From Candidatus Dojkabacteria bacterium (lineage in GTDB: Bacteria > Patescibacteriota > Dojkabacteria > B142 > WJKM01): 64,000 nt of DNA. Under the pieces are notes generated by a model. It was given only the letters and a program-made list of their open reading frames with translations. It searched no databases and was not told the DNA's origin. The DNA lies in contig WJKM01000011.1 in the NCBI GenBank assembly GCA_014729085.1, positions 170,852 to 234,851 of the forward strand. Reading direction: 5' to 3'. A program made the translations under genes and the position numbers. Positions 18,309 to 28,529 of the stretch are shown piece after piece. The stretch's first letter is position 1. Each line of letters starts with the position of its first letter.

Positions 18309-19025
18309 ATGGATCAAAATAGAGAAATAAGCGTTGTCATACCGGTTTTTAATGAAGAGAAAGTAATCTTATCCTGCCTTGACTCCCTTAGTAAACAAAC
18401 CCTTCTTCCCAAAGAAGTTATCATCGTAAACAATTGTTCAACCGACAACACAAAAGATAAAGCCATAAACTTTAGAAATAAGTGCTCGTCTTTAAACATA
18501 CGAATAGTGGAGGAGGCAAAGAAAGGGATAAAGTATGCCAGGCAAAAAGGGTTTGAGGAGAGTAGGGGAGAAGTAATTGCAATGACAGATGCCGATGCTT
18601 TATTTCCTAAAGATTGGTTAGCTGTCGGTTCCAGAATTTTTGATTCAAAGTACGATGTAATTGCAGGCTGGTGTGATTTTGAATTTAATAATAAATTTTT
18701 CAGAAAATTCTCAGGAATCATTAATAGATTCTTTCTAAAGTATTCAAAGTATCTTACTGGATATCAGAAGTTTCTCGGAGCTACTGTTTTTTTCAAGAAG
18801 GATACGCTCGTTAAAATTGGAGGATACCTTAAAAATACTGAAAACATTCCTGAGGACATATACATTGCGAAGCAAATTCATAAGAAACGTTTATCTATAA
18901 AGTTTGATAAGGATTTATTCATATATCATAGTATAAGGAGAACAGAAGAGGGCGGGATCAAAGGCTTAGTAAAATGGATACTTGGCTGGGTGAATCATTC
19001 CTATTATGAGGAGAAGGATTCTTGA
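18309..19025 (+). CDS. glycosyltransferase family 2
   Basis: SVVIPVFNEE, VNNCSTD, TDAD, ED motif. Confidence 0.92.
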   Translation: MDQNREISVVIPVFNEEKVILSCLDSLSKQTLLPKEVIIVNNCSTDNTKDKAINFRNKCSSLNIRIVEEAKKGIKYARQKGFEESRGEVIAMTDADALFPKDWLAVGSRIFDSKYDVIAGWCDFEFNNKFFRKFSGIINRFFLKYSKYLTGYQKFLGATVFFKKDTLVKIGGYLKNTENIPEDIYIAKQIHKKRLSIKFDKDLFIYHSIRRTEEGGIKGLVKWILGWVNHSYYEEKDS

Positions 19026-19030
19026 ATTAA

Positions 19031-19810
19031 TTAAAATTCAAAAATTTTATTAAAACCATTTTGAAACTTTTCATTTCCAAAATAGTTAACAGAAAAAAAG
19101 CCCCCAAAAATTGATAGGTATAAATATAGATTTTGATACTGGCTTTCATCAGACAAAGCAAGTATAAACATTAATACGAGCAATAAACTTACAAAAACAG
19201 GGATATGATCCAATTTATATCTTTTTAAACTTTTTCTTCCTTCTTCATGTGCGCTTAATTCTTTATACCTTCTTATATATGCTAAGGCTAAAGCAATAAC
19301 AAAAAGAAATATAACGGGATAAAACTCAACATTTCCATTAAACAATAATACTCCCAGTATAAATCTAAGAGGGTGAGTTAAGGAGTTCCAAATCGAATCA
19401 ATATATGCAATATGTTTAAAAACTTTTGTATAAAATAAGTTAAGAATAAGAAAAAGTATTTCAAGAAATAAAAAGAGGGGAGAGATTATTGTTGCGAAAA
19501 TGAACGAAAAGAATATTATAGTTAAAGCCAAGATTGATGCCTCTTTTTTTGAGACCTTTCCTGATGCAATAACCCTTTTTTTCTTTATGGGATGTTTTCT
19601 GTCATCCTCTACATCAAAAATATCATTTATTATATATAAAGCCCAATAGAAAGGTTGGAAAATACAAAAAATTAAAACTGACTTTAATAAAAATTCTTGC
19701 GAAACAGTAAAGTTTAAGGCAAAAAGCGCTCCTAACAATACTTCAAAAAAAAATATTGAATGTCGTTTTTTTAATAATTTATAGTACAATCTGACTTTCG
19801 ATAACTTCAT
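19031..19810 (-). CDS. UbiA-family prenyltransferase (decaprenyl-phosphate phosphoribosyltransferase-like)
   Basis: YIINDIFDVEDDRKHPIKKKRVIASG, multiple TMs, RRYKEL. Confidence 0.88.
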   Translation of the reverse strand: MKLSKVRLYYKLLKKRHSIFFFEVLLGALFALNFTVSQEFLLKSVLIFCIFQPFYWALYIINDIFDVEDDRKHPIKKKRVIASGKVSKKEASILALTIIFFSFIFATIISPLFLFLEILFLILNLFYTKVFKHIAYIDSIWNSLTHPLRFILGVLLFNGNVEFYPVIFLFVIALALAYIRRYKELSAHEEGRKSLKRYKLDHIPVFVSLLLVLMFILALSDESQYQNLYLYLSIFGGFFSVNYFGNEKFQNGFNKIFEF

Positions 19811-20010
19811 ATTTATGAAAATTATATAAACTTAAAAAATTAGAATAAATTTTAACATGTTTACTAGTCTATACAAAGTATACTAATGAGCTATATGGAC
19901 AGTACCTTTTCATGGTTTCATGTTTGAGAAATCTACAACAATTTATTTGGTCAACTATAGGATTAAATGGTAAAATATATATCCTCATATTAATTTTCAA
20001 TAATTAACAC

Positions 20011-21168
20011 ATGGAAAATGTGCCTAATACTACAGAGGAGTATAAACAAAATTATCTAGATAAAGTTAAGGCACAATATTTAAGAGCACTTGTCAGTATA
20101 AAGCTTTCAGAAGGATTACAGCTTCATGGGGATTTTAACAAATTACCAACGTCTATTGATGGCTATGATTTGGAAGAACCGGATCTTCCTTTGTCATCCG
20201 ATTCTATCTCAACTGTTTTTGCTCAACATGAGAGAAATAAAGAAGATCTTTCACAAAAAATTCAGGCTAAGGTTGAAGGTATTGGGGAGATTTCCATGCA
20301 AGTATCTATCCTGGACCTGGATCAAAATCCAGACAAAGATATGTATGTAGTAATGGGAGGTGCTCTTTCTCCTGCTTTGAGAACTTTAGGAGCTCCTTTA
20401 GCAGCACTTGGTAATAGAGTAATGATGGTTCCACACATTCTAAATCATTCAGTCGAACCGGTTGGATGCGACCATCATACGTTTACAGAGAAATATTATG
20501 AATATGATCAACAAAATGGTGCATATACTCCAGATGGAAAGTTTATTTCTGAAATTCTTGATATTCTTCGACGAAACGGACAAATCAATGGGAACCTTCA
20601 TCTTGTAGGCCACTCTGCAGGAGGTGGAGTTTGGATGAGAGTTGCTCACGATATTGCAAAAAATTATCCCGAATTAGAAGAACAATTGGAAAATGTTCTT
20701 TTAATCGACTCTATCGGTACTTATCTTCCGAAGGAATATCGGGGATTTAAAAAATTTCTCAATATAGGGAAACTCATAGGAGGATTTGGAATTGAAGCTT
20801 CAAGAGCTCTTCCTTTTATTGATCGAGATGAATGGCTGCTCAATATAGGGGATGCAGAAACCCAACCGTGGAATAACAAAGATTGGTTGAAAAGTGTAAC
20901 AAGATGTATGAGCCCAATACTAAACGATGTCAGTCCTCATGTAGAAAACAAAATTTCGATCATACTTGCTGAAGACGGTCGTGTAATTTCAAAAGATAAG
21001 GTATATGAATGTGTTGAACAACTAAATCAAGAGAGAGAAGAAAAGGGGCAAACCAATATTGCAGTTATGGAAGTATGGGGAGGGCACAATTCTCCGGTAA
21101 AAAGAGGTATGGAAATTGCCTCTAGAATTCAACACCTTGTAGAAGACCGTCCTTATCCTGACATTTGA
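20011..21168 (+). CDS. alpha/beta-hydrolase-fold protein
   Basis: HLVGHSAGG nucleophile elbow, LLIDS, DGRVI, GGHN. Confidence 0.75.
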   Translation: MENVPNTTEEYKQNYLDKVKAQYLRALVSIKLSEGLQLHGDFNKLPTSIDGYDLEEPDLPLSSDSISTVFAQHERNKEDLSQKIQAKVEGIGEISMQVSILDLDQNPDKDMYVVMGGALSPALRTLGAPLAALGNRVMMVPHILNHSVEPVGCDHHTFTEKYYEYDQQNGAYTPDGKFISEILDILRRNGQINGNLHLVGHSAGGGVWMRVAHDIAKNYPELEEQLENVLLIDSIGTYLPKEYRGFKKFLNIGKLIGGFGIEASRALPFIDRDEWLLNIGDAETQPWNNKDWLKSVTRCMSPILNDVSPHVENKISIILAEDGRVISKDKVYECVEQLNQEREEKGQTNIAVMEVWGGHNSPVKRGMEIASRIQHLVEDRPYPDI

Positions 21169-21253
21169 GCTTTTCTGAAAATAACATAATAAAACAAGAA
21201 AGGTAACTTCAGATATGATAAACTCTGTTACGTAAATTATTCATAATTATTCT

Positions 21254-22306
21254 ATGAAAATACTTGTAACAGGAGCTGCAGGCTTTATTGGTTCTTTCAC
21301 CTGCAGAAAATTAATTAAACATAGCCACGATGTAGTAGGTATAGACAATTTTGATCCTTTTTACTCCATTAAAGCCAAAAAATTCAATATTGATTTGATA
21401 AATCTCTATGCCAAGAAACAGACCAGTTATTTTGATTTGAAAGAAGTTCAGAATATCTTAAATCTTCTGCATAGAAAAAGAGGGGAGGGTACTTATAAAT
21501 TTTATAATCTAGATATCCTTCATCAGGATAAATTGGAGAATTTATTTAGTGAAAACGACTTTGATGCCGTAATCCATCTTGCTGCTATGGCAGGTGTACC
21601 TCATTCAATCAAACTCCCAATTAAATATACTAATGTAAATATAAAGGGTACTCAAAACCTCCTAGAATTGTGCGTTAAATATTCAATAAAAAATATTATT
21701 TTTGCTTCCTCTTCCTCTGTATATGGAAATTGCGAGGAAGTCCCCTTCAAGGAAGAACTGGACGTCGATTTCCCAATATCCCCGTATGCAGCTACTAAAA
21801 GGATGGGTGAAATTCTAAACTATACTTATCACCATCTATACAATCTAAACATTTCAAATCTACGTTTCTTCACAGTATACGGTCCCTTGCAGAGACCCTA
21901 TGGAATGGCTATACAAAAATTTATCAAACAAACATATAATAAACAAAAAATGACTATATATGGTGATGGTTCAATGTCAAGGGACTATACCTACATTGAA
22001 GATATAACAGATGGTATCTTAAAAGCCATTCAAAAAAATAAAGGATATAAAATTTTTAATCTTGGAAATAATTCATCAATAGATCTCATAAAACTTACCG
22101 ATTTAATCAAAGAAAATATGGGAGCGGGAAGTATAACCAATGTCAAGGCTCCACCAACAGAAGTACCCATTACCTATGCTGACATTAGAAAAGCAAATAA
22201 AGTTTTGGGATACGATCCTAAAACCAAGATAGAAGAGGGAATTCAAAAACAAATAGAAATTTTTCTTGCGATGCCGAAGTGGTACAAAAAGTTGCATCTA
22301 AAGTAA
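21254..22306 (+). CDS. NAD-dependent epimerase (UDP-glucuronate 4-epimerase-like)
   Basis: VTGAAGFIG, HLAA, ASSSSVYG, YAATK, RFFTVYGP. Confidence 0.93.
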   Translation: MKILVTGAAGFIGSFTCRKLIKHSHDVVGIDNFDPFYSIKAKKFNIDLINLYAKKQTSYFDLKEVQNILNLLHRKRGEGTYKFYNLDILHQDKLENLFSENDFDAVIHLAAMAGVPHSIKLPIKYTNVNIKGTQNLLELCVKYSIKNIIFASSSSVYGNCEEVPFKEELDVDFPISPYAATKRMGEILNYTYHHLYNLNISNLRFFTVYGPLQRPYGMAIQKFIKQTYNKQKMTIYGDGSMSRDYTYIEDITDGILKAIQKNKGYKIFNLGNNSSIDLIKLTDLIKENMGAGSITNVKAPPTEVPITYADIRKANKVLGYDPKTKIEEGIQKQIEIFLAMPKWYKKLHLK

Positions 22307-22315
22307 AAATTTGTA

Positions 22316-23131
22316 CTAATTATCTCCATAAATATCTCTTTTAATTTGCCTTATTTTTTTCTTTGTTACTTTTTCACCTTTTTTAATAACTTTTCGAATC
22401 CTTCTTTTATGAATAAGTCTAATTAGTCTTTGATCTGGAACATTGGGCTCTATAACAATGTCCGCTACTTTCACATTCTCCTCAGCCAGATGATACCGAA
22501 ATAATTCCAATGTCCTTCTAAGAATGGACAAAGAAGAATGTGTCCTTCCATCTTTCAAATTTTTTTTAAGAGGAAAAAATACAGAATCAAGATTAACTGC
22601 AATAACATAATCTGCCCCCATTTCTCTGGCTGTTCTTGCAGGAACCGGTTCTGCAGCACCTCCATCTATTAAAAATTTTTTCTGTTTTTCGAAAGGTTTA
22701 AATAGGAACGGAACAGAAGAACTTGCTCGTATCGCACTTGCTAGATCTCCCTTATCGAATTCAAAAATCTCCCCTGAAACTAGATCAGCAGCGACTGCTC
22801 TAAAAGGTATATTAAGATCTTGAATCTCTGCATCTCCTATATATTTAGTAAGTAACTGTATGACTCTATCTCCCTTAAATATTCCTGATCTTATTGTAGG
22901 GTCGGTAAACGCCTCAATGAATTCACGGAAATTGAATTCGAGGCAAATCTTTTCAACTTCATAGATATCACCCAGACAAGCATATGCTCCACCTACCACA
23001 GCGCCGATACTCGTACCTGAAATGTAATCAATTGGTATGTTATTTTCAACAAGACTTTTTATTACCCCAATATGGGAAATTCCCCTCGTTCCCCCACTTC
23101 CCAAGGCTAACCCTACTTTTTTTCTTGGCAT
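22316..23131 (-). CDS. patatin-like phospholipase (RssA-like)
   Basis: LGSGGTRG, GTSIG, DGG. Confidence 0.92.
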   Translation of the reverse strand: MPRKKVGLALGSGGTRGISHIGVIKSLVENNIPIDYISGTSIGAVVGGAYACLGDIYEVEKICLEFNFREFIEAFTDPTIRSGIFKGDRVIQLLTKYIGDAEIQDLNIPFRAVAADLVSGEIFEFDKGDLASAIRASSSVPFLFKPFEKQKKFLIDGGAAEPVPARTAREMGADYVIAVNLDSVFFPLKKNLKDGRTHSSLSILRRTLELFRYHLAEENVKVADIVIEPNVPDQRLIRLIHKRRIRKVIKKGEKVTKKKIRQIKRDIYGDN

Positions 23132-23208
23132 AGTGAAAATCTAAATTTATAAATGAAGTTAACGTAAGATATAATATCATCAGAATTATTAACAATTCCA
23201 ATTTTAAT

Positions 23209-24024
23209 ATGAAAATACTTTTTATTGGTGATATATCGGGAAGACCTGGAAGACATGCCGTTCGCGATCTGTTACCCCAAATTAAAAATAAATATGCTAT
23301 TGATTTCGTTATTGCCAACGCTGAAAACTCTGCCGGTGGTAGAGGGACAACGGATAAAGTACTTTCTGAACTACAATCTTATGGTATAGACTACTTTACA
23401 AGTGGAGAACATATTTGGGATCAAAAAGAAATGTGGGATTCATTAAGAGATCAAAATATACCAATCGTTAGACCTTTAAATTACGAAGGGAACGAGCATC
23501 TGCCTGGTGACGGTTTGCGTATTATTGACCTAGGTAAACAAAAAATTATTTTAATAAATTTACTTGGGCAAGTTTTCATAAAAAATCCCCCTAGAAGCCC
23601 TTTTTGGATTTTTGATGAACTCTGGGAAGATCTTAAAAATAGGGGAGAGGTAACTCAAAACAAAGAAGATAATCCAATTATACTCATCGACTTTCATGCA
23701 GAGGCAACATCAGAAAAATTATGTTTTGCATGGTACGTACGTGAAAGGGTATCCGCAGTAATTGGAACTCATACACATGTACCAACAGCTGATGCAAGAA
23801 TTTTAGATAATAAAGTTGCATATGTTACAGACGTTGGAATGTGCGGTCCTCACGAAGCTTCTCTATGGGTCGATTTCGAAAATGTGATTAATAATTTTCG
23901 ATTTCCTACAAATAAAAGTTTTAAAATGAAGAAAGGTGGAAAAAAAGAATTTCATTCTGTTCTTATTACTTTCCAAAAATCTCTTCCCAATTCAATTGAA
24001 CGTGTAGATTCTATAATAAAATAA
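23209..24024 (+). CDS. ymdB: YmdB-family metallophosphoesterase
   Basis: FIGDISG, NAEN, DFHAEATSEK, GTHTHVPTAD. Confidence 0.92.
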   Translation: MKILFIGDISGRPGRHAVRDLLPQIKNKYAIDFVIANAENSAGGRGTTDKVLSELQSYGIDYFTSGEHIWDQKEMWDSLRDQNIPIVRPLNYEGNEHLPGDGLRIIDLGKQKIILINLLGQVFIKNPPRSPFWIFDELWEDLKNRGEVTQNKEDNPIILIDFHAEATSEKLCFAWYVRERVSAVIGTHTHVPTADARILDNKVAYVTDVGMCGPHEASLWVDFENVINNFRFPTNKSFKMKKGGKKEFHSVLITFQKSLPNSIERVDSIIK

Positions 24025-24507
24025 TAATTTACGTCCATTTTTATAAAATCATCCTAATTTTCCACCCAAAAATAAACAGAAAACTGAAATTTCGTAATTT
24101 AGCCTATATAAAACTATTATTTGGGATAATCATTTTAATAAATTTCTATCAAATTTTTCTGTTGTTATCGGAAAAAAATTAAAGTAATCCCAGTATTTAC
24201 AGGGCAATCCCCCAAAGCCCTTGTTATTAAAGAATTCTCATATATAATAATATTCTAAAATTATATGTATTACGTGTTTCCATCAGTTTAAGATTCGTCC
24301 AATTTTCCGATTATATCGACAGTTGTTATAAGACAAGCACTTTAAGACCTGTTTGATATATCCCATATTAATAACTTTAACTATATGAAAACATGCAATG
24401 GTCTTGACATTTCAGAAGGATATATTTATTCTTAGCTTAAATCCAATTACTACTCAATCTTGTTAACTCAGGATGAGTAAATCCAAAAGAAAGGAGGTAA
24501 ACGTTCT

Positions 24508-24780
24508 ATGAACAAAGCAGATCTTGTAAACCAAATTGCAGCCGCAACTGGTCTAACAAAGAAAGACTCAGCTGCTGCATTGGAAGCTTTTATGGATGCA
24601 GTTCGTGATGCTCTAAGCTCAGGAAAGCGAGTCACCCTAACTGGATTTGGTACATACTCAACCGTTGACCGAAAGGCAAGAGATGGCCGAAACCCACAAA
24701 CAGGTGAAAAAATTCGAATTCCTGCAACAACTGTTCCTAAATTCAAGCCAGGTAAGGCTCTAAGAGAAGCAGTAAAATAG
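24508..24780 (+). CDS. hup: DNA-binding protein HU
   Basis: MNKADL...GFGT...GRNPQTGE..IPA...PKFKPGKAL; strong SD AAGGAGGT upstream. Confidence 0.97.
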   Translation: MNKADLVNQIAAATGLTKKDSAAALEAFMDAVRDALSSGKRVTLTGFGTYSTVDRKARDGRNPQTGEKIRIPATTVPKFKPGKALREAVK

Positions 24781-24811
24781 TCAGGACATAAGCTTAAGTT
24801 TATGTCGACTT

Positions 24812-24841
24812 AAAACCCTGTATCGTACGGTACAGGGTTTT
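24812..24841 (+). terminator. rho-independent terminator (bidirectional)
   Basis: AAAACCCTGTATC-GTAC-GGTACAGGGTTTT. Confidence 0.85.
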
Positions 24842-24901
24842 GCATAGAATTTATAGGGTAGGGGATTAAATATCTTTCATATATTTATATAATTTTGGTC
24901 T

Positions 24902-25213
24902 CTATCCATCATATACCTTTTCCAAAACTCCATTTCCGTTTTTTATATATATTCTCCTTCCGTTTTTTTCTACTTTATTTACAAGTTCTGTTTCCAGATC
25001 AATTCCTGCTATCTCTGAAATCCCGAGTAGGAATATCAATACATCAGCCAACTCTTCTCCAAAAGTATCCATTTTTTTCTCATAGGCTTCAAAAGCCTCT
25101 CCTACCTCTCCATATAATCTACTAAACTCAAGGGGGACATCTGTTAAGTTGAAACCTTTTTCAACCTTATTATCATAAACTTTTTTTTGAGTTTCTCTTA
25201 GTAAAGATTCCAT
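24902..25213 (-). CDS. MazG-like nucleotide pyrophosphohydrolase
   Basis: GEVGEA ... EELADV ... KVEKN. Confidence 0.85.
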   Translation of the reverse strand: MESLLRETQKKVYDNKVEKGFNLTDVPLEFSRLYGEVGEAFEAYEKKMDTFGEELADVLIFLLGISEIAGIDLETELVNKVEKNGRRIYIKNGNGVLEKVYDG

Positions 25214-25462
25214 TAAACCTGAAAATTCGACTCGTAGCTAATACAAGATAATAATCAATATGCACTATATAGAAATCTGTTGAAATTATATTTTCAAAAG
25301 TATTAGATTGCAACCGAAACCTTTTCTCCTCAATTAGGAATCTCCATTGAAAAGGGGAATGGTAATAAACTCACTGTACCAAACCGAGACGTTTTAATAT
25401 GATTAATTACTTACTCATAAACCTATTCCATCGAATGACAGAAATAATATATTTTCTCCCCC

Positions 25463-26791
25463 TTACCTTGGTTCGATTATATCTTTTCCCACAAATTCAC
25501 GGAGAACTTCTGGAACAGTAATACTTCCATCGGGATTTTGATAATTCTCCCAAATTGCAATAAGAATTCTGGGTGATGCTATTACTGTATTATTCAGAGC
25601 ATGAGCATAATACTTCTTTCCGTCTTTACCTTTTACTTTAATATTAAGTCTCCTTGCTTGCCAATCTCCAAGATTAGATGCACTGTGAGTTTCTCCGTAA
25701 CTATCACGTGATGGCATCCAGGTTTCTATATCATACATTTTATATTTTCCTGCACCCATGTCACCTGTACAAACTTGTATCACCCTATATGGTAACTCTA
25801 ATTTTTGGAGAAGCTCTTCTGAATAACCCAACATTTTTTTATGCCATTCTTCTGACACATCATATTTTCCATCACAAATTACTACCTGCTCAATTTTCAT
25901 AAATTCATGAATCCTATAAATACCTTTAGTATCTTTTCCATAACTTCCCACTTCACTTCTGTAACATTGAGAAAAGCCGGCATATTTCCTAGGAAGATCT
26001 TCTTCTTCAAAAACCTCGTCTCGAGAATAATTTAAAATACTTGGTTCTGCAGTCCCAATTAAATATTTTTTTTCTTTCCCTTCTACTTCGTCGGCTTCTT
26101 CAAAGTGTTTTAGACTGTCAACCATATAGATGTTCTCTTCGTCAAAAGGGAAATGCCCGCTTCCCCACAGTGCCTCATCTCTAACAATTGTAGGAGGCAC
26201 AAAGGTCTGAAATCCTTTGGATTGTATAAACTTTAATCCATACATCATAAGCCCCATATGCATTAAGACTGCTTCGTTCTTCAAATAATATCCTCTAAAC
26301 CCACTTGTTTGAACTCCTTTTTCCAAGTCTAATAGATTCAATGATTCTCCAAGTTCTATATGATCCTTAAATTTGAAATCAAATTTTTTTGGATCGCCAC
26401 CTTTTCCTGTTTCAGGAGACCACCTCCATCTTTCCACATTCTCCGAGTCGTCTTTGCCTACAGGTGTATCTTCAGAAACTATTTGAGGGGTTTTCCACAT
26501 TAAATTTTGATATTGTTCTTCAACAACAGCCATTTCTTCTTCAACTTCACCTAACTCTGCTTTGATTTTTCTACCTTTTACAATGAGCTCTTTAGGTGGT
26601 TTACCTTTAATTTTTTTTATTTCTTCAACATTTTCATTTCGCCGTTGTCTTATTTTTTCAACCTCCTTCAGTAAATCACTTCTTTTTTTATATATAGAAA
26701 TCAATAAATCAATGTCTAAATCTAGACCTTTATCTTTGACCAAATTTTTAAAGTAATCTGGTTGCTTTATTATTTTTTTTATATTCTGCAT
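25463..26791 (-). CDS. serS: serine--tRNA ligase
   Basis: N-terminal coiled coil, GTAE, CYRSE, GIYRIHEF, ETHSASN, HALNNT. Confidence 0.97.
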   Translation of the reverse strand: MQNIKKIIKQPDYFKNLVKDKGLDLDIDLLISIYKKRSDLLKEVEKIRQRRNENVEEIKKIKGKPPKELIVKGRKIKAELGEVEEEMAVVEEQYQNLMWKTPQIVSEDTPVGKDDSENVERWRWSPETGKGGDPKKFDFKFKDHIELGESLNLLDLEKGVQTSGFRGYYLKNEAVLMHMGLMMYGLKFIQSKGFQTFVPPTIVRDEALWGSGHFPFDEENIYMVDSLKHFEEADEVEGKEKKYLIGTAEPSILNYSRDEVFEEEDLPRKYAGFSQCYRSEVGSYGKDTKGIYRIHEFMKIEQVVICDGKYDVSEEWHKKMLGYSEELLQKLELPYRVIQVCTGDMGAGKYKMYDIETWMPSRDSYGETHSASNLGDWQARRLNIKVKGKDGKKYYAHALNNTVIASPRILIAIWENYQNPDGSITVPEVLREFVGKDIIEPR

Positions 26792-26954
26792 TTTTGGAAT
26801 TTAAAAATTACTAAGTAGATTATATATTTTTTTGGATAACTTGTTTTGGGGTTTTTAAATATAGTGATATTCCTCTCTAAAACCGAGAGGATGAAGAAAA
26901 AACTAATTGTATTCCTAAAAAATTCTTTTTTAACATCGTGCAGAATTATATCAT

Positions 26955-26985
26955 AAAAAAAGCCCCGATCTTTCAATCTCAGGGC
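26955..26985 (-). terminator. rho-independent terminator upstream of serS
   Basis: minus strand GCCCTGAGATT-GAAA-GATCGGGGC-TTTTTTT. Confidence 0.75.
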
Positions 26986-27071
26986 ATAATGGGCAGCTTC
27001 TCTGTTGGTTCGGTCTAATTTTTTGTCTTACGATTTGGATTTTATTTGAGTTCCAATTCGCATATTTTGTT
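26955..27071 (-). ncRNA. candidate ~115-nt small RNA or leader
   Basis: TTGACC-N17-TAATAT promoter (27106-27078), 5' hairpin GCGAATTGGA/TCCAAATCGT, 3' terminator. Confidence 0.45.
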
Positions 27072-27202
27072 AATGTAATATTAACAACGAGACGAATATT
27101 GGTCAATGATAATTAGTGTAGACAAAAGTATACTTATAGTTCATTTCGGGTATGCTGAACTTTTACTGGAAAAAGGATTGAATTCTGGAGCGATTAAATT
27201 TT

Positions 27203-27967
27203 CTATGCCAAAATATTCAATAATATTTCGGTATTAGATTTAACCAGATTATAAAGAGATTCCTCTAAATTAAACCCTAAAGTCGGTAAGTGATTCTCTT
27301 CTGGAGTTGTTTTTTTAATCGATGGTATATGGTCAAACATTGGATTATATACTAATTCTTGTTTTGCATTTTTCCTTATACAGAAATAAGCAAGCCCCTT
27401 GGTTTTTAATTCTTTATAATCCAAAAGGTCGTAAGATTTATAGACTCTGGAAACTACAGCGCACTTGTCTCTTGTGTTGATAAATGTATAATAATATCCG
27501 GAAGGTATTGCAACTTTTTCACGAGGTTTAATTTCCATCATGACCCCTTCTTTCACCCTAGGTTTCCTACAACTTCCAATTCCAAAAGCGTTCTTCTGCA
27601 TAATTATTGTTGTAATTCCGTTTATACCCTCAACTATTGTTGCAAATTTCAACTGTTCATCCTCCTTGACATTAGGGGTGTAAAAAACATGCGATTTTAT
27701 AAACTCAATTCCTAAGAGTCCAGAAGGCAAAACTAAAATATCATATTTAAGGTCCTTGTCCTCTTCAACTTTTTCGTCAACAGAGATTGAATATTCTTCA
27801 TACACTTTTTCTGGATAAGAAATTGATTTATTAAGTAGGGTAGGGGACATGCTTGATAAGTTGATCGTCCTTTTCTGACAACAAATATTTTCTATAGGTA
27901 TTCTAACTTCATCCTCAAAATCATCATACTGGATAGGAAGATCGCATATATCATGGAGGCTTAGCAT
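27203..27967 (-). CDS. cupin-type glucose-6-phosphate isomerase-like protein (metal ligands degenerate)
   Basis: LKYDILVLP..LG.EF.K, IIMQK, VAIP.GY...IN pattern of archaeal-type GPI. Confidence 0.7.
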   Translation of the reverse strand: MLSLHDICDLPIQYDDFEDEVRIPIENICCQKRTINLSSMSPTLLNKSISYPEKVYEEYSISVDEKVEEDKDLKYDILVLPSGLLGIEFIKSHVFYTPNVKEDEQLKFATIVEGINGITTIIMQKNAFGIGSCRKPRVKEGVMMEIKPREKVAIPSGYYYTFINTRDKCAVVSRVYKSYDLLDYKELKTKGLAYFCIRKNAKQELVYNPMFDHIPSIKKTTPEENHLPTLGFNLEESLYNLVKSNTEILLNILA

Positions 27968-28198
27968 ATATTCTTTCTATTAATAATTAATTCTAAAAGA
28001 AGAATAATTTGGAATCTTTAATAATATAGACCCTTTAAGGAATTTCTGTCAATAAGCCTCTTTTATCTGGTATTAGGTTATCGATCCTGCTATCCACTAC
28101 CTATTAATACATTTAGGTAGGTAGATTTTATACAAATGCTACTTATACAATATTTGTTTATTTTCACATTATAATTTCAAGAGTGTTATAATAATGCA

Positions 28199-28436
28199 AG
28201 CAAGTGGGTAATATTCAAGACAATTACTCTTGAAAAAAAAATAAGCTGAAAGTTCCACAAAATTTATAATCCAAAATAAAACGCATACAAGTAAATAATT
28301 ATTTTGAGGAATTATTTGATTTATAAAAATGAAATAATTTAAAAAAGTAGGTGGTACCACGTAGTTTTATCTTAAAAACTCTCGTCCTTTAACCAATTTT
28401 TATCATCTTGGTTAAAAGAAGAGAGTTTTTAGTTTT
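28199..28436 (+). promoter_or_regulatory. T-box riboswitch leader of argS
   Basis: AGG-TGGTACC-ACG (28349-28361) pairs with CGT-CCT (28383-28388); overlapping terminator 28374-28430 with T tract; extended -10 TGTTATAAT at 28184. Confidence 0.8.
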
Positions 28437-28529
28437 ATATTCAGCCTTTTTCCGCATTTATTAAAGCGAAATTATGGTCAAATACTGCACTATTTTTATT
28501 TTAAGATATCTATATTAATATCAGAAACT

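Noticed and set aside
25214-25462. Weak hairpin and AACCGA(A/G)AC repeat between serS and the mazG-like gene
   Set aside because: Too short and imperfect to support a call.
26792-27200. T-box for serS
   Set aside because: No TGGNACC bulge with flanking helices on the minus strand.
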